A stretch of DNA of 64,000 nucleotides, taken from positions 310,001 through 374,000 of the forward strand of contig JAHDYR010000069.1 in NCBI GenBank assembly GCA_019828565.1, written 5' to 3'. Source of the DNA: Carpediemonas membranifera BICM (taxonomy: Eukaryota > Protista > Fornicata). This document shows positions 61,695 to 64,000 of this stretch, one piece after another. The notes under the pieces were generated by a model, which worked only from the letters and a program-made list of their open reading frames with translations, had not been told where the DNA came from and did not search any database. A program made the position numbers and the translations under genes. Within the stretch, counting starts at the first letter, position 1; each line of letters starts with the position of its first letter.

Positions 61695-63449
61695 TCAAAG
61701 CTCGACCAGCATTGGCAGCGTGGGTCTGCCCGACACGGCGGAGCTGGGGACAGGTACAGGAGCGTGGACCCAGTCTGACGGGGCAGACGACAACGCGTGG
61801 TTCCTGTTGTCGCCCACACCATACCAGTCGGCACCCCGCTTGAAGAAGAAGGTGTGGGCCCCGAACACGTTGAAATACGAGAGCATCTGGTCTGGGGCGA
61901 AGTCCCAGTGGACTAGGTTGCCCGACTCGTCAGAGGCAAAGGTGCCCTTACCGTCGGCTCGGATAAAGGCGAGCATCTTGTACGAGGCCAGCACGGCCTT
62001 GACCTTGAACGGCAGGACCAGTGGTCGTGCCGTGCTGAGGAGCTGACGCACTTTAGGACCGCCTAGGAACTGCTCGGCGAGTTTGAAGACAGTGCCGGCG
62101 TATCTGAGAGTCTTGTCGCCGTAGAAGATGTTGTAGCTCTGGCCGCCAAAGGCTACGACTTCGACCGGGTACGGAAGAGGTGCGAAACTGCCCAGACGTC
62201 GCGAGTGCCCCAGGCCGAGCTGGCCTTTGTCATTCCTTCCCCCAATCATTTGATTACCCTCGTCATCCGTGACAACAGCGACGTACTCCTCAGCGATGAC
62301 CCGGGCGGCCCTGAAGTCCTGGGGCATCGGGCAAGGGTGGAACAAGTCGGTGTCGGTGTCTGGTCCGGCAGAGTTCAAGTGTCTGCTGACCAGGCCACAG
62401 GCTACCGTGCCTGCGCGGGTGACTATGACAGTGCAGTAGTAGGTCATGGCGACAGACAGCACGAGTTTGCCCTTGTGCCAGGGTGGCAGGGTGCGTTCGT
62501 AGGCGTCGACCTTGGGACAGGCCGTGAATTTGACACGGCGGGGTTCGATGATCGGCTCGGGTTCGATCCCGTCATCGTCGAGCTCGGCCTCGTAGTCGAA
62601 GACGTTATGGTGCACGATTGCTGCGGCGTGGCCGAGCGTGCCGTTGTACCCAGTGCCCCAGGTGAACACCCCCTTGGGCGACAGCGCGAGCACCCCGTCT
62701 CGGGCAACGTGGATGTCTACCACGGGCGGCATTCGGACATGTGCGTACACAGTGGCGGCCTTTTGGTTAGTGCGGACGCCGAGGGTGTGCCAGATGTTGC
62801 TGCCCCGAGTGAAGAGGCGGCCTGCGTACAGGCGGGTGAACATGGGCGTGTCGTCGGCATGGTGGGTCTGCGCGGTGCCGTCCTTGATGGCCACGTGGCA
62901 CGTGTAAAAGAACTTCTTACACAGGAACCAGAGGCACTTGGCGGTGCTGGTGTATGTCTTGTTGGCTGGTCTGGGGTGGTATCTCTCGTCCTCGCTGTCA
63001 TCCAGGTCTGGGTCGGCGCCCCCCGCCATCATGATCGCCCAAATCGTGCCCTGGAGCAGAGTGTGGAGACGGATGGGGAGGTCCTCGCCGTCTTCGAGAA
63101 GGATGTTCATGCTCAGTTCAGCGGGGGTTGTGAGCAGCTTCTTGGCCTGTTGGACGAAGCCGACGGCCTTTGGGTCGGTGAGAACCAGAGTGACCATGAG
63201 CTCGAGATGGGGCGATTCTAGAGATACTGGGAGCAGAGAATCGAGGAGTGTGGACAAACTCTCGATCGTGTACTTGGCTAGATTGACCTTTGACGTTTGT
63301 TTGGGAAGCTTTTCGCCAAACTGTACCTCGAACGCTATGCTGAGAAGCAGCGGAATCTTTGCGCCTGGAACATCGGCGTACAGATGCTCAGCAATGCGAT
63401 GAGCTGAAATCATCGCTTCACGAACGTTCCGGAACTTAAGTTGGTGCAT
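61695..63449 (-). CDS. RCC1-like repeat protein of a lineage-specific family
   Basis: VFTWGTGYNGTLG, GRNDKGQLGLGH, YGVGDN; intact 584-aa paralog of the 51478 pseudogene. Confidence 0.8.
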   Translation of the reverse strand: MHQLKFRNVREAMISAHRIAEHLYADVPGAKIPLLLSIAFEVQFGEKLPKQTSKVNLAKYTIESLSTLLDSLLPVSLESPHLELMVTLVLTDPKAVGFVQQAKKLLTTPAELSMNILLEDGEDLPIRLHTLLQGTIWAIMMAGGADPDLDDSEDERYHPRPANKTYTSTAKCLWFLCKKFFYTCHVAIKDGTAQTHHADDTPMFTRLYAGRLFTRGSNIWHTLGVRTNQKAATVYAHVRMPPVVDIHVARDGVLALSPKGVFTWGTGYNGTLGHAAAIVHHNVFDYEAELDDDGIEPEPIIEPRRVKFTACPKVDAYERTLPPWHKGKLVLSVAMTYYCTVIVTRAGTVACGLVSRHLNSAGPDTDTDLFHPCPMPQDFRAARVIAEEYVAVVTDDEGNQMIGGRNDKGQLGLGHSRRLGSFAPLPYPVEVVAFGGQSYNIFYGDKTLRYAGTVFKLAEQFLGGPKVRQLLSTARPLVLPFKVKAVLASYKMLAFIRADGKGTFASDESGNLVHWDFAPDQMLSYFNVFGAHTFFFKRGADWYGVGDNRNHALSSAPSDWVHAPVPVPSSAVSGRPTLPMLVEL

Positions 63450-63635
63450 GGCGCGCGGGTTTGCGTATTAAACTGCACTGTGCATTCCTCCGCTGGGGCC
63501 GCGCCCAATCCAGGAAGAGCACTCTTGTCTTGGATGACTGACGGTTTTCTCTCCGTGCTAGACCCCCTCTGCTCAAGTCCAAGGTCCATCACATCACTGC
63601 CCAAACCCGCTATCTCATACTGTTTAACTAGGCCC

Positions 63636-64000
63636 CTAAGGCTTGACGTAGATCGCACGGGAGTGCTTCGCGTCCTGGTCGATCACGATAAGCCGTCTAT
63701 CGGCGGTGACTCCGGCCAGAGTCGGATGGGTGACTGCCACAGTAGTTTTGAGATAGTCACTGACTGCCCAGTCGCCGTGGGCCCTAGAGAGAACGACGTG
63801 GGCCATGTGCTCCTCGGTAGGCTTGTTGTGCTTGCCGTTGTTCATGAAAAACACCTCAATGTGGTCAGTGTCGACAATCCTAGCAGCAAGAGTGCATGCC
63901 GACAGGTCCACGCCGGGCACCTCGGCCGCTGTGAACGTGTGGCGGTGTGTGACGAGCTTGTTGTCGTGCTGGAATATGACGACCGAGGGGTGGGTGTGAG
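63636..64000 (-). CDS. 3' end of a hypothetical protein entering from beyond the window
   Basis: The frame of ORF 63636-63920 stays open to the window end (HTHPSVVIFQHDNKLV...). Confidence 0.55.
   Translation of the reverse strand, partial: HTHPSVVIFQHDNKLVTHRHTFTAAEVPGVDLSACTLAARIVDTDHIEVFFMNNGKHNKPTEEHMAHVVLSRAHGDWAVSDYLKTTVAVTHPTLAGVTADRRLIVIDQDAKHSRAIYVKP

Noticed and set aside
1-64000. tRNA or rRNA genes
   Set aside because: GTTCGA hits (e.g. 35392, 51320) lack cloverleaf context, and no rRNA-like sequence was recognised by eye.

Overview
Gene-dense eukaryotic (protist) chromosome segment, not prokaryotic. It has about 33 protein-coding loci on both strands, very short intergenic gaps, and tiny 28-35 nt GT-AG introns that restore conserved motifs when removed. 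Anaerobic enzymes (PFO-like, acetate:succinate CoA-transferase), centriole/flagellar genes and micro-introns suggest a free-living metamonad such as Carpediemonas (inference). Recognisable genes include Ssu72, CCDC61/VFL3, VPS13, RPSA, gamma-tubulin, Ski8/WDR61, APC4, TRIP4/Rqt4, TVP38, beta-ureidopropionase and an ERK-type MAPK. Prokaryote-like genes are a Prx-Grx hybrid, a fused Fe-S/flavin amine oxidase and a PocR hybrid histidine kinase. Most notable: (1) two families of ultra-short (44-63 bp) TG...CA insertions with 5-bp target-site duplications, one inserted twice at an identical offset from an ATAAACTGC promoter-like motif and the other stacked directly behind a Fanzor/TnpB remnant; (2) two decayed Fanzor (TnpB-like RuvC) loci; (3) a single-pass receptor kinase with an apparent MLKL-like four-helix bundle; (4) a possible cryptic CENP-C; (5) two hairpin-rich intergenic regions that may be structured RNAs. 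All protein calls are from motif recognition by eye, not database searches.
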